This document shows, piece by piece, positions 12,385-24,426 of a stretch of 64,000 bases of DNA. The notes beneath the pieces were generated by a model, which worked only from the letters and a program-made list of their open reading frames with translations, did no database searches and had not been told where the DNA came from. Origin of the DNA: Curvularia clavata (Eukaryota); contig CP089274.1 in assembly GCA_023920165.1 (NCBI GenBank), forward strand, positions 992,001 to 1,056,000. The letters run 5' to 3'. The translations under genes and the position numbers were made by a program. Position 1 is the stretch's first letter. Every line of letters begins with the position of its first letter.

Positions 12385-13683
12385 ATGGCGGACGGAATCG
12401 ATCGAAATGCCGACGACAAGATGGAGTTTTCCACTTCCAAGGAGGTCACAGTCGCGCCGACCTTCGAGGCCATGCACCTGAAGGAGAACCTTTTGCGCGG
12501 CATCTACGCCTACGGATACGAATCGCCTTCAGCTGTGCAGTCGCGTGCTATCGTGCAGGTCTGCAAAGGCCGTGATACCATCGCACAAGCTCAGTCTGGA
12601 ACGGGAAAAACAGCGACCTTTTCTATCTCTATCCTCCAAGTCATCGACACAGCCGTTCGCGAGACACAAGGTAGGATCGCATATGCTTTCGCTGAAGAAG
12701 CGCATGCTAACAGGTTCTAGCACTGGTACTGTCCCCTACGCGCGAGCTGGCGACCCAGATTCAACAGGTTATCATGGGTCTCGGTGACTACATGAACGTG
12801 CAGTGCCACGCCTGTATTGGAGGCACCAACGTTGGCGAGGATATTCGCAAGCTCGATTATGGTCAGCACGTGGTTTCTGGAACTCCAGGGCGTGTTGCCG
12901 ATATGATTCGCCGCCGCAACCTCCGCACACGCAACATCAAGATGCTTGTTCTCGACGAAGCCGATGAGCTCTTAAACCGCGGTTTCCGCGAGCAGATCTA
13001 TGACGTTTACCGCTACCTGCCACCAGCCACCCAAGTCGTAGTCGTTTCCGCTACCCTCCCCTACGATGTGCTTGAGATGACGACCAAGTTCATGACCGAC
13101 CCCGTGCGCATTCTAGTCAAGCGTGACGAGTTGACACTAGAGGGCCTCAAGCAATACTTTATCGCCATCGAAAAGGAAGAGTGGAAGTTCGACACCCTCT
13201 GCGATCTCTACGATACACTTACCATCACACAAGCAGTCATCTTCTGCAATACCCGCAGGAAGGTCGACTGGCTTACCGACAAGATGCGTGAGGCTAACTT
13301 CACTGTGTCCTCAATGCATGGAGATATGCCACAACGAGAGCGAGACAGCATTATGCAAGACTTCCGTCAGGCCAACTCCCGCGTGCTCATCTCAACTGAC
13401 GTGTGGGCTCGTGGTATCGACGTGCAACAAGTTTCGCTTGTGATTAACTATGACCTTCCATCAAACCGTGAAAACTATATTCACAGGATTGGTCGAAGCG
13501 GCCGATTTGGACGCAAGGGTGTAGCCATCAACTTTGTCACCCAGGATGACGTGCGCATCCTACGTGACATCGAGCGTAAGTTGCTGGAGCGGTTTTTCCA
13601 AATATTTGCAGCTAACTTTGACAGTATACTACTCTACCCAAATTGATGAGATGCCAATGAACGTCGCCGATCTTCTTTCATAG
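12385..13683 (+). CDS. FAL1: DEAD-box RNA helicase eIF4A-III (exon junction complex), 2 introns (~12671-12720, ~13576-13624)
   Basis: [21 protein letters not shown] and [10 protein letters not shown] motifs; [11 protein letters not shown]-terminus [11 protein letters not shown]. Confidence 0.96.
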
Positions 13684-15502
13684 ACGCACTCTTGGCGTTT
13701 GGATTAGCATATGCAATCAAGCACTGAAAACATCTTACATCCAACACCGGCGTGTTGACGCTGTGTAGAAGCGAAGAGGGGTCAAGCCACCCGCTTCACT
13801 GGACAGTGTGGAGGAAAAGGGCTCTACGACCAAAGAGTAAGTCCGCCGTTGTTCACCACGTTCAGGCTCCAGCCGCTAATTTTATGGTTGTGTCAGAACC
13901 AAATTGAATATATACCCAGTCACCTGGTACTATACCACGAATCTATTCACAAGCGGATGCTTGCCGGCAACGCTTGCCTCTTGCCATTCTTCAGGTGTTT
14001 GCGATCTACATTCACGTTACCTCAGTTGCGTCAAATAACAATGATAATGTCTCGTCATGGTACCTTCAGGAAACTCATCCGAACATTGTTTGTGCAATGT
14101 ACTATTTGATCATGTCCTCAAGCAGCTGTTGTTATACTCTATAACCATCAAATCTGTAGGTGGGCTTGATGTGTCTGCCTTGTCGACTTGCGCATAGTCC
14201 TTAGCCCAATCTATCTTCAGAGCGGATTTGTCGGTGCTGGTTGAAGCTATGGCTTCCGCCGGGACCATGGGCCACCAGTTCCACGGCTTAATGTCTTGTA
14301 GCAACGTCACTACTACCACTTTCAGGAGCGTCCGCCGCACTGCACAGCCCACTCCGGTTTTGACTTGTGCAGGATCTGGTTCTTTCGCATAATGTAACAA
14401 ATATGAGCAGCATCCACATTGGAGTGACAGTAGTAGCATGGAGACCCTGATATTGAAGCACGATTTCAGATCGGCCTTGTACCTATGTTATAGTTGTCTG
14501 AACCCGCCTGATGGATTTTGTATGAGATCCCTGTAGATCGCGCGCATCCATTGGTTCATTCTAATGGCTCTCCACAAGTATGTAATGATGCAAGAGGTAT
14601 GGGCCTTACAAAAGACGCGAATCCGATTGCACCTAATGTAAGGGTGTCTGGGTCACGTTCCAAACACTGTGTGGCCCAGGACTGGATGGGCGACATCAGT
14701 CTCCCAATATGTTGTCTCGTTTACGTAGCGCAAAAGCCTTCCGAAACCATATGAAATCTCATAAGCGAATGGACGCCAAGGCATATTACTTCAGTCAGCA
14801 ACGATGAGATACAGAGTGTTTGTTGGGTTTAATGAACGTACAAGGTATGATATGATGAGATATTCCAAGACGCATCTCTATTTGTGCTCAGAGGTTGATT
14901 AAGGAACGAAACACTGATGCTAGACCCAAACGTAGTAGTCATGGTGAAATATGATATAATTTCACCATGACTTCAAAATGGGCAATACATCATAATGCGT
15001 GTGATAATCAATAGGCCGTTCACTAGAGCCTTCATCTTCACATCATCTTATCGCGTGCTTTATCGTGGGCCGTCCGTGACCCCAGTGCAGGCCAATATTT
15101 GTACATATACACGCTAGAATCTTTCCACATAACCACTACGGTCCTCTCCATGGTGTTTCGTCCGAAATCAATGTGCCAACCGTAACGTTCGGCGTTGTAA
15201 TTTGAGATTGCACTAGAGAGTGAAAGAAAACACATAAATATCAGTCCATCGTCCCTGGGAGTTCAACTTCTTATCAGCAAACACTTTCAGTCCTTCCATA
15301 CCAAATTTTCCAAACCGACTTACATGTACGTCTTCTACACTTGCTATCTTCGGTACTCTCAACCAACTCCCTCCAGGAAGTACCTGCAAGACTTCCCTTG
15401 GCTCCTCACCAATCTCTTACTACTATCGTTCAAGTGTTCCACACTCTAACACTCATTCACCAGACGGGCCATCTGCTACAAACGGAGGAAAAAGAAACAA
15501 AA

Positions 15503-15769
15503 ATGCAACCAACCGCTCTCACCGTTGCCCTGGCTCTTTTTGCCGGCAGTGCCCTCGCCGGCAGAGATCACAGCAGAGCGTTCTTACAACATATTGCTGC
15601 GCAGCCCCCTCACCCTCAAATCACCGTTCCGGTCGAAAGCATCGCTCTGCCTATCCAAAGTGTCGTTGTTCCTGTCGAGAATATCATCGTGCCTTCCGTT
15701 CTGAACCCCCCGGCTGTATTTCCTGCTCCCCCTCCCGCTCCCAGTCCTGCTCCAATTCCAGGCGCTTAA
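15503..15769 (+). CDS. Small secreted Pro/Val-rich protein (88 aa) with heptad repeats
   Basis: Signal peptide MQPTALTVALALFAGSALA; aaaATG context; probable 5'-UTR intron (gtacgt...ctaac...cag ending ~15463). Confidence 0.7.
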   Translation: MQPTALTVALALFAGSALAGRDHSRAFLQHIAAQPPHPQITVPVESIALPIQSVVVPVENIIVPSVLNPPAVFPAPPPAPSPAPIPGA

Positions 15770-16201
15770 GTCGCGAAATATTACTTTGGGGGATGGGTAG
15801 GGGCGGATTGATTCGTGGATCAGGAGCTCATAGTACATCAAAAGACTTGGGGTTAATGCGCTCCTATCTGACAATGATAAAACATGAAATGGAGTATTTT
15901 ATATTAGAATGTCTGGGCACCTCCAGACTCGTTGTCTTATTCTCTGCAGAGTGGGTTGCTCAGTGTACTAGTGTGATGTTGTCCTTATCGCATTCACTGC
16001 TTCCCCTTCTTCATATATGCACAGATTGAGTAATTCTATCTTCTGACCATCTGTAGGCGAAATGGCCATGGGCAAAGGAACGCTAGGTGAGCTAGTCTAA
16101 TAGCAAGTGTCTGTTTTGCTCTCTGAGAATATACGATTGCCTCTTTATCTTCAAACTCAATGTTCTGGTGCTTCTTGCGCTTTAACATTACTAGCACATA
16201 C

Positions 16202-18450
16202 TTATGTATTCGCAACGTTGCCAAATGCCAAATGCATCCTCCTTGCATGTGCAGCCCGTCGTTTAGCTTGTGCCGACATTGGCTTCTTCCCAACTAGATC
16301 TTCCTGGCTTTCATTAGAACGTGATGCCGAAACATGATTTGCTGCAATTGTCGTGGGAGATTTCTTCGTTGGGACTGCTAGTGGCTCTAATTCTTCATGT
16401 GAAGAAGGCAGATCTTTCAGTGCTATTGGATCAATCTTTGGCTGTTCGAGCCTTACGGATCCTTCAACCTGTCGAACAGAAGATCGCCGTTCAGCCACGG
16501 GGTTCGTTTCCACCTCTCCTTGTAGCCTCTGCTGAATTGCAGACAGATCTGAATTCTCATCATGTACATCCTCAGGCAACTCTGTCTCAGTGGCCAGAAT
16601 GGGCAAGCAAGCATCGTCAATAACGATCATCGGCAGTGGCGGAAGACGGGGTATTGGTTTTGTACTTCCAGCAGCCTGCTTATTCGTGCTCGAGGACTCA
16701 ACAGGAAGTTGAGAGTCTCCTAGAATGGCCGTTTGTATTTCTCTAGACGTTGTTGTTGACTCTGGCCTGCCTCCGGAAGTGTTTGGTGTATTTTTCGACT
16801 TGCGCTGGGATGGTCGCTGACTACTTGGTCGGCAAACTGAGCCCTCATCTTGTAGAAAAACAAGTGTGAGCGAGGAAGTCGATGGTTGAGACTTGCTTGT
16901 TAACGATGAGGGATAAGAAGGTGGTTTCGTTGTGCTGCTCGCTGCATTGTCATACATCGTATAAGATTCAGGGTTTGTGCGAGTGTTGCTGGGGGCGACT
17001 GTTTCTGAGTTGCCATGAGTTTGAGCATTCTCTGGCTCTTCATGACTTGGAGGCAGTTCTTCCAATGTATTTCGGTCATGTCCAGACTCTTTTATAGGCC
17101 ACGAGGCAGAATTAGTAGCTATGTCAGACATTGCCATTGTCCCTGATCGAGTTGGCAACGCCGCCCATTCTTCCACTGGTAACCTTTTGATTGCTGTAGT
17201 TGGAAGTGCGAAACCAGCCGCATCATCAAGTGAGGCCTGATTTTTCGGAGTGGGTGGTCGTTGGGCTCGTGGTTGGTACTTGTTATGACTCTGGATATCA
17301 ACTGAACTGGCGCGACCACGTCTCGCAATCATTGGGATCCCAGTAGCGGGTGCTGTGAATGGGATCAAATCATTGTGGACGATCATTGTATCAATAGATG
17401 CGCGGGATCTCACTCCGCCGATGGCGGTCTGTCGAACATGGTCTGAGGAAGCGCGTGGCCTTCGAAACAAACTCTGACTTTCGGTGAGACTCTCTTGCGA
17501 AGTCTGAAAGATCAAAACGTCATGTATATTTTGGCTTTCAGAGAGTTCGGATGGAGTGCTTCCTGCTAGCTCTACAGGCGTGGAATTGATAGAGGCCGCT
17601 GATACATGTTAGGCAAACTGTCAATATGATGTGGTGTTGTAAACTTACTTTCGACATCATCTTCATCATTTTCTAATGCAAGCGTAAGACTGGAGATAGA
17701 TGCATAGTTGTAGCCTAGTCGATGTTTCTGCCTCGAATAAGGACCACGGAATGTATCACTCTCGTCACGAATCACCAACGGTCGCACTGGAGCTTCGTAA
17801 ATGGGCTCCTGAATGATGACTCCGGGTCTGTTACACAACTCTGCTGTTTGCATCACATGGATGGCCCCCATCAGATTAATGTGGCATTGGTTCAACTGCT
17901 GCTGTCTCTTCAGCAGCTTTCTCTGGTTTTTTAGACCCCACTCAAACTTGAGTTTTGATGCAACCGTGCCACCATCCTCTTCGCGGCCCCACGTTGAGTC
18001 CATGTCTGTGCCAATGTCATTCAGAGTTTGCTGCGCTTCTTGCAAGCACTCCATAGCCCATGTTCGCTTGTTCGGGTAAGCGTCGAGAAAGTTTGAGACT
18101 GCAGGCGAGACATGTAGCCTCGTTGCTTCTCTGATGCCTTGTCGCACTTGTTGAATGGTGTCAACATAAACCAAAGTTTCCGAGGACGCCTTTTCAGAGG
18201 ACAGAATATAGTCAGCGAAGTAGTACGCTGTCTGTATTGCAGGGAATTCTTTCGAATTATCAACCACAGACTCTTCAGGAGTAGGTGTCGAGATCTGTTG
18301 GCCTTCGGGGCTCCTTAGTTGCTGCTTCGACCGCGTAATCATCCGCTGGAGGTAACTCGGCTTCTGCTCTTCGATTTCTCTCGCTCCTATCGGGGTTTGC
18401 GTAACATGGTGCGATGTTTGCGAGACTAACTGATCGCTCTCAGACAACAT
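16202..18450 (-). CDS. Hypothetical ~730-aa protein: helical N-terminal domain (HeLo/SesA-like candidate) plus long disordered tail; intron 17599-17648
   Basis: Splicing GTAAGT...CTAAC...CAG joins ORFs 17572-18450 and 16202-17515 in frame (…DDVE/TASINSTPVELAGS…HDVLIFQT…). Confidence 0.75.
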
Positions 18451-19315
18451 GGAGATCGAGATTGGTTTTGGCAGTACTGCTCAGCTAGATGTGTACTCCA
18501 AGGTCGTTGAACGAACTTAACCCAGCTTGTCATTTAAGGAACAGGGTGCCGCAATGGACGCCAGGACCAACATGCAATGACGTATATGCTAAGGGTACGA
18601 ACCAGCTGTGGGAGCTTGGGGCAAAAGGCTTTGCTTGCAGGAGTCGCCCGTCAGACGGTCCGGCCAGACGATGGCTAACAGATAAGACGATCCTGATCGA
18701 GGATTGGAATGCCTTGAAAAAGAGGGGATTGGAGGGGGTCAATAACTGTAGCACAGAGGATGATGTAGTGGCGAAAGCCATCTAGAATGGTTGTCACACT
18801 GAATTGATGCATAAGGCTAAGCGCCGGGTGGGATGCTTGTTATATACTAAGCGGTCAGCCGGGAACCTAAAACGTACTATTGAACGCGTCGCAAACACAT
18901 TGCCTATCGCTCGTTTCGAGCAACCGAACCGCGCCTCGTTGGGGGCCAAAATCTAAGCCCTGACTGGTCTCCACACACCAGACTGATGTCGGGGAACGAG
19001 ACCAGCTACCGATATAGATGCCGATCCAATATTTTGGACATCGATACTGTGTTACTATGCATACTGAATGATACAGGAATCCTTTGTCGCCACAAAGTCC
19101 AACAGTATGTTGAAGCGAGCATAAGGCCGTCTATTAGGCCGAAGGGCCATAGTTGCGGCCAGACTGGAAGTGATCTTGTTTCCAATTTTGAGATATGCAA
19201 TCACGAGCAAATAACGTGAGTTTTGACTCGTGCTCGATCCTGATCTATGGCGTACACATATAACAGAGAAAATTTTCCATTTTCCGAAAGTTTTAGTACA
19301 AAATCAAAACAATGG

Positions 19316-20503
19316 CTAGACGTCTATACGCCTAATGACGGCCTCACTGAACAGGCGTGGTGGGTTGATTTGCTGACCGGTCTCATCCGCCACTTGCATT
19401 AGGGCAGGGAAAATGCACAGCTCCCCTGCTGTGATGCTTTGTTGCTCCTGCCACTCAAAGCTATATGTGCTAGGCTGAGAGAACAATGTAAAAGCAAACA
19501 AGGCTGCGCGCCTGAGGATTTGTTCAAGGTTCCTCCTGCGTTCTTCGTTAAGCTGGTAAGGGTCTTCGAACGGCTCCGAAACCCCGTTTGCATATGGCTT
19601 CAAAATCCGGTCTAGTAATGCAAGCAAAGCCTGTATATTTGCATGACGGCTGTCCGAAACATCGAAGGGAGTGCGAACATAGGTAGACTGCGAAAGTTGT
19701 GAAGTCATCTTTCTCCAGTGTGAAGTTGACTTTAGTTGTACTACAGTATGATTAGCACATATACAAAGCTATGCTTTATAAAACCTACTTTGAGATTTGA
19801 GATTCTTATCAGTGACTTTGCCGTATAGTTGCGCTATCTCGGTTGGCAAAAGGCTCTTCGAAGAATCGCTGGATGGCTCCATCCTCGAAATCACAGCCCA
19901 AGCAATGACGAATCTGAGAGCAGTTTCTCTTGTGGCAGCGTTCTCCATTAGCGAAGTAAGCGTTTCCACAGAGACTGGCAGACCTGTTCCGAGGGCACGG
20001 AGATCATCGTGGTCTACCAATACTGAGCTGGTGTGGTTGTCGTAATAATAACTTTGTACGTGATTCTTGATAGAATTACTAATCTTAGAGACATGCCCAG
20101 TCATGGCTTGATCCTCTAGAGGCTGTGGAAGTGCTTCAATGGACGTGGCGCCCCCATGGGATGGAGACACGGTGGAAAGAGAAAGTCCCTTTTCGCGAGA
20201 TTCTGGCGTATGTTGCCCAGCTTGCGCGTATTGTTGCTTGGACGATTTTCTTCGTCGGACAAAGAACCAGAAGAAAAGCGCAGCTGCGAGAGCAACAGCT
20301 GCGACAGAACCAATAACACTGCCAGCAATGGCCCCTGGTGATAGGCCAGCACTGCGTCCTGCATGTTCACGCGTAGAAGGGACGGTGGTATTAAGAGCTC
20401 CAGAAGCCAGAAGGCTAGTCGATTGGGGTGAGGTACTCATTGAGGATATTGCGCCCACCGAGGGGGGTGCGGACGAGGTGAGTGATGTCGCTGAACTAGC
20501 CAT
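19316..20503 (-). CDS. Single-pass membrane protein (379 aa): Ser/Thr-rich N-terminus, TM helix, folded cytosolic domain; intron 19741-19788
   Basis: TM segment GAIAGSVIGSVAAVALAAALFFWFFV followed by RRRK. The intron GTAGG...GCTAAT...TAG joins the two ORFs in frame. Confidence 0.8.
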
Positions 20504-21044
20504 GTTTGAATGCTTCTTTCCTATAGCTTCTGATAACAGAGCGATGCATACAAGAGAAGAAAGACCGTAACGTGGAGTTTTTGAACAAAATAGACTAGGT
20601 ACGCGTTGTGATGGCCTCGGCCTTAAGATCAGAGCACTTTCAGGCCTTCCACTGTGACACCTGCTCCGCGGATGGACCAAATCAATAGACAGTTTCTGAA
20701 AAACCAGTTCTTGTCAGTGGGTGCAAATAGAACATTGGGTTAGGTTTCGTTGCTCGGCCGCAAGATCCTTCGGGGCTGATCAGCCAATAAGCCATTTGTG
20801 CGCTCTGATTTCTAATCTGAATGAAAACCGTAAGACCCATTTTGCATGCATGTTGCGCACGTTCGAGCACTAGCTCCACTGGGGGCCAAAAGGGCGCAGT
20901 GTTGTGATCGGCTAAAAGTCGCTGCGCCGCAAGGCTGAGCCCCGGAGTTAAATCAAAGGCGCCTGGGTCCCATTAGCGTTTGATAGACATGCGATCAGAC
21001 AAGAACAGCAGCAGTGAAATCGGTATCACGGCCGACACTACAAG

Positions 21045-23311
21045 ATGCAGCGCAACGAGCGACCTCATATGATTGTGGGTGTGGATTTAGGAATGACATG
21101 TAAGTTTCAGCGAGGTCGACTTAGGCGTGACTAAGCTTTGAACGGCCCGGACTACAACTGGATTCGGATAAGCGCAGGATAACACGCTCCATCTTCTTTT
21201 GACTGACATGACCTTTTTTCTCTAGGCACTGGGGTGGCATATGTGAATTTATCCATAGGCAGTGAGACTATTCGCTGGGTTCAAAAGTGGCCTGGCCGGT
21301 TCCAGGCAAATGAAAACAAAGTCCCAACTGTTGTCGTCTATCCATCCGGTTCCAAAGATCCATCATCATGGGGTTTCCTGTCGGAGACCACGGCAGAAAC
21401 CATGGCAGAAGACAAGGAATACAAAGAGTGGTTCAAGACATGTCTCGACCCTGAGAGATTGCACCAGAAGCAGATGGAGGACCCAGAAGGCGCACCTGGA
21501 AGTTTACAAGAGGTCGAGATGTGGTACACTGACTATCTGCGGAAGATGTATGAGTACCTATCCTTCAAGCTAGGCGGAGAGCTTACCGGAGTTGGTTGGG
21601 AGAACGCACGAATCGAATTCGTCTTCAGTGTACCGACAACGTGGGCCCCCGTACCAACAGTAGAAAACTTTAGGAGAATCGTGAAAGAGGCGGGTTATGG
21701 TACGCACCCCGGACATGTGGTCGAGATAGGCTTGACAGAGGCCGAGGCAGCCGCAGTACATGTATCCACAGAGGCTCCAGGCATTTTCCGCGAGAACGAT
21801 GTATTGCTGGTTTGCGATGCTGGAGGTGGAACCACAGATTTGAGTGTGTTGAAGGTAACCGGGACCGTCAACCAAGCCATCGACCTTCGACAGATGGATG
21901 TTGTGTTTGGAGAGACGATCGGCTCAGCCGCAATCGACTATGAGTTTGAACGACTCGTGACGCACCGTTTGACACTTGCGCACAGCACAAATCCTTTACC
22001 CGCTGACCCAGCAGATGCGGCGTGGGAAATGATGAAGAGTCGCGACTTCCAGGCTGTGAAATGCGAGTACGGCGCCCCAGACGACACTCCCTTCTTCAGC
22101 ATAAGCATACCACAGGTTCCGCAAACTTACAGTAACTCGGATCCTGAAGTTCGAATTCGTAATGGCGAAATGACATTCGAACGGGGGGACCTTCAGCGCC
22201 TTTTCGATAAACAAATAGAGAAGCTATGGAAGCTAATCGACACGCAACTGGAGTCGTTGCTCCGGAAATTCCCACAAGAGCAGGTAGCACATCTTGTGCT
22301 TAGTGGGGGTTTGGGCAACAACGCGTATGTGCAAATGCAGTTACGACAATACTATGGAGTTACATCCTTCCCTAATGCGCGGTCCATCCAAGTCAGTATC
22401 GCCCCTGATCCACAGCTTGCCGTGTGCAAAGGTCTAGTCAGCGATCGTATTCGCAAGATCACGACGTCCCGGTCCGTTCTCGGATGGCGATGCTGCCGTG
22501 CGTCGTACGGCACAGTGTGCAAGATTGCGTATGACAAGAAGAATCCCGAGCATCAGGGCAAAACAGTCGTGAAGGATCCTCTGAACGGCAAGCTGTACAT
22601 TACCCAATCCATTGCATGGTTCGTGAAGAAAGGCGCACCTGTGAGTGTGGACAAGCCGATTGAGCATCAATTCATCAAGAAGATTACCCCTGGCGATCCA
22701 AGAAGAACTTTCCCGACAACCGTTGTCCAGAGCGATGTCGAAGCAGCCATGTTGCCGCACCAAATGAATCAACGTACGTGTGGACAAACCTGTGCTCAAG
22801 CTAAGATTACACGAGTGCGCTAACAATACATGCAGACACACGTATCCTTTGCGAGATCCAATCTGATCTCTCCGCTGCAGACGAGAAAAAGTTCCAAGAG
22901 AAGAACAAACACTTCTGGTCCCTGCAAAAGCACTATCTACGCGTAGAGTATTCGATACGCGTCCTGATCGGTCCGGCTGACATTCGGTTCGAGTTATGGT
23001 TCAACGACCAAAAGCTTAGTCGCGACGAATCTATCAAAGTCGAATGGATGCCCGTTTCAACGTCCCAGACACCTCAAATAGCAGAAATGCCAGGGGTGAT
23101 CTCGCCTATCGAGATGGCGGCTGCGCCGACTACGCCCATTGGCAATGCACCTCAACGTGGCGCGTTCGAGAGCTTGCCTGGTGCGAATGGGACCAAGCCA
23201 AGTAATTTTGCCATCATCAACAGAAAAAGTGTGGATTTGGAAGACCGAAAGCCGCGAGGAAGGGGAGGGTTGTTTGGAAGGAGTACTATCTTTGCACGTG
23301 CCGGTTCATAA
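21045..23311 (+). CDS. Atypical Hsp70 / actin-like ATPase (HSPA12-like), introns 21100-21225 and 22774-22835
   Basis: Phosphate-1 VGVDLGMT/CTGVAY; FVFSVPTTW; LTEAEAAA; phosphate-2 VCDAGGGTTDLS; LVLSGGLG; AVCKG. No canonical substrate-binding domain or EEVD end. Confidence 0.9.
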
Positions 23312-23706
23312 AGAAGCTAAACCGAGTGTGGCTGAGACGGGCTTGCGCCTCAACCGGCCCAGGAGATGGCGCCCGTTGAACACCTGTAGCTGAAAGCTAC
23401 GGAACTAATTATTGATGTTGCCTTGGATGCCTTAATTCTTTCGTAACTGTGATCTCATGCTGATTGGCTGTACTACGATTGATTGTCCTCCCAATGCCTG
23501 TCAGCATCGCGGTCATATTCCCGTCTTGTACTAATGCCGCCCCCAACCGGTTCTCAGCTCGTCAGCCTTGTCAGCCACATCCGTTTGGATTGCAGGCAAC
23601 TAACTACCCGCTCATTTTTTATAAGTAGCATAGTGAGCCTGTGGTTTCATCCCCAAGTCCCGGATTTCTTTCTCTCGTATTGTTTTAGATAATTCCTTCA
23701 AGAACT

Positions 23707-24426
23707 ATGCGTTTCCTCTCAGTTGGTGGTAAGAGCGAAATCAGCCTTGCTTCCGACTATCACTAACATACAAAAGCCATTTTAGTTAGCCTGCTTGCAT
23801 CAAGCACAGCTTTCCAACTACCAGCACAAGAAGTTCTAGGTGAAAACGCACTAGAAACTCCAAATGAACCGATCATCGACCCCTGCACCCTGGCGGATTC
23901 GCCGAAAGTAAACGCTAGTGTGCAGTTGAGTAACTGGCTAGAATGCGCCGTCAATGGTACGAAAATCTTACATGTATGTTACAGAACTGTTAGTCCTAAC
24001 ATCACACCAGGGTTCTATCCATTTCCAGCAAACACAAACTGGCCCCAGGGTCACGCAAAATCTTTCTCAAAAGATATCAGGTTCACATTTAACGACACAC
24101 ATTACGACTTTGATGGCTCATTGAGGCTTTACAAATCGTTCAATGCAACGCTCGGCGTGGCTTTTGCGCCATTCAAGCATGGCTTCATCAATACACTCGG
24201 TGTCCCCAATTCAAATGGCGACAAGGGTGGGTTCGTGTACATGATTGGATGGGCCGGCGGTTTTCAGACACGTGTAAAGCGCGATCTTTACTTCACCAAT
24301 GCAGCGTTTGCAGTAGTCAAGGAAGTAGATGGAGAGAGGAAAATTGTGGAGTTCAGGGAAAGTGGAAATATCCCGAACACTGCGATTCTTCCACGGCCGG
24401 TCGAGTGGACGTGTGACTTTAAATAA
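23707..24426 (+). CDS. Secreted protein, possible NTF2/SnoaL-like fold; 2 introns
   Basis: Spliced signal peptide MRFLSVG/AILVSLLASSTA; FSKDIRFTFND…AVVKEVDGERKIVEFRE pattern is reminiscent of NTF2-like folds (by eye). Confidence 0.7.

Noticed and set aside
14110..14439. Possible gene remnant on the minus strand
   Set aside because: No recognisable motif or consistent exon structure.
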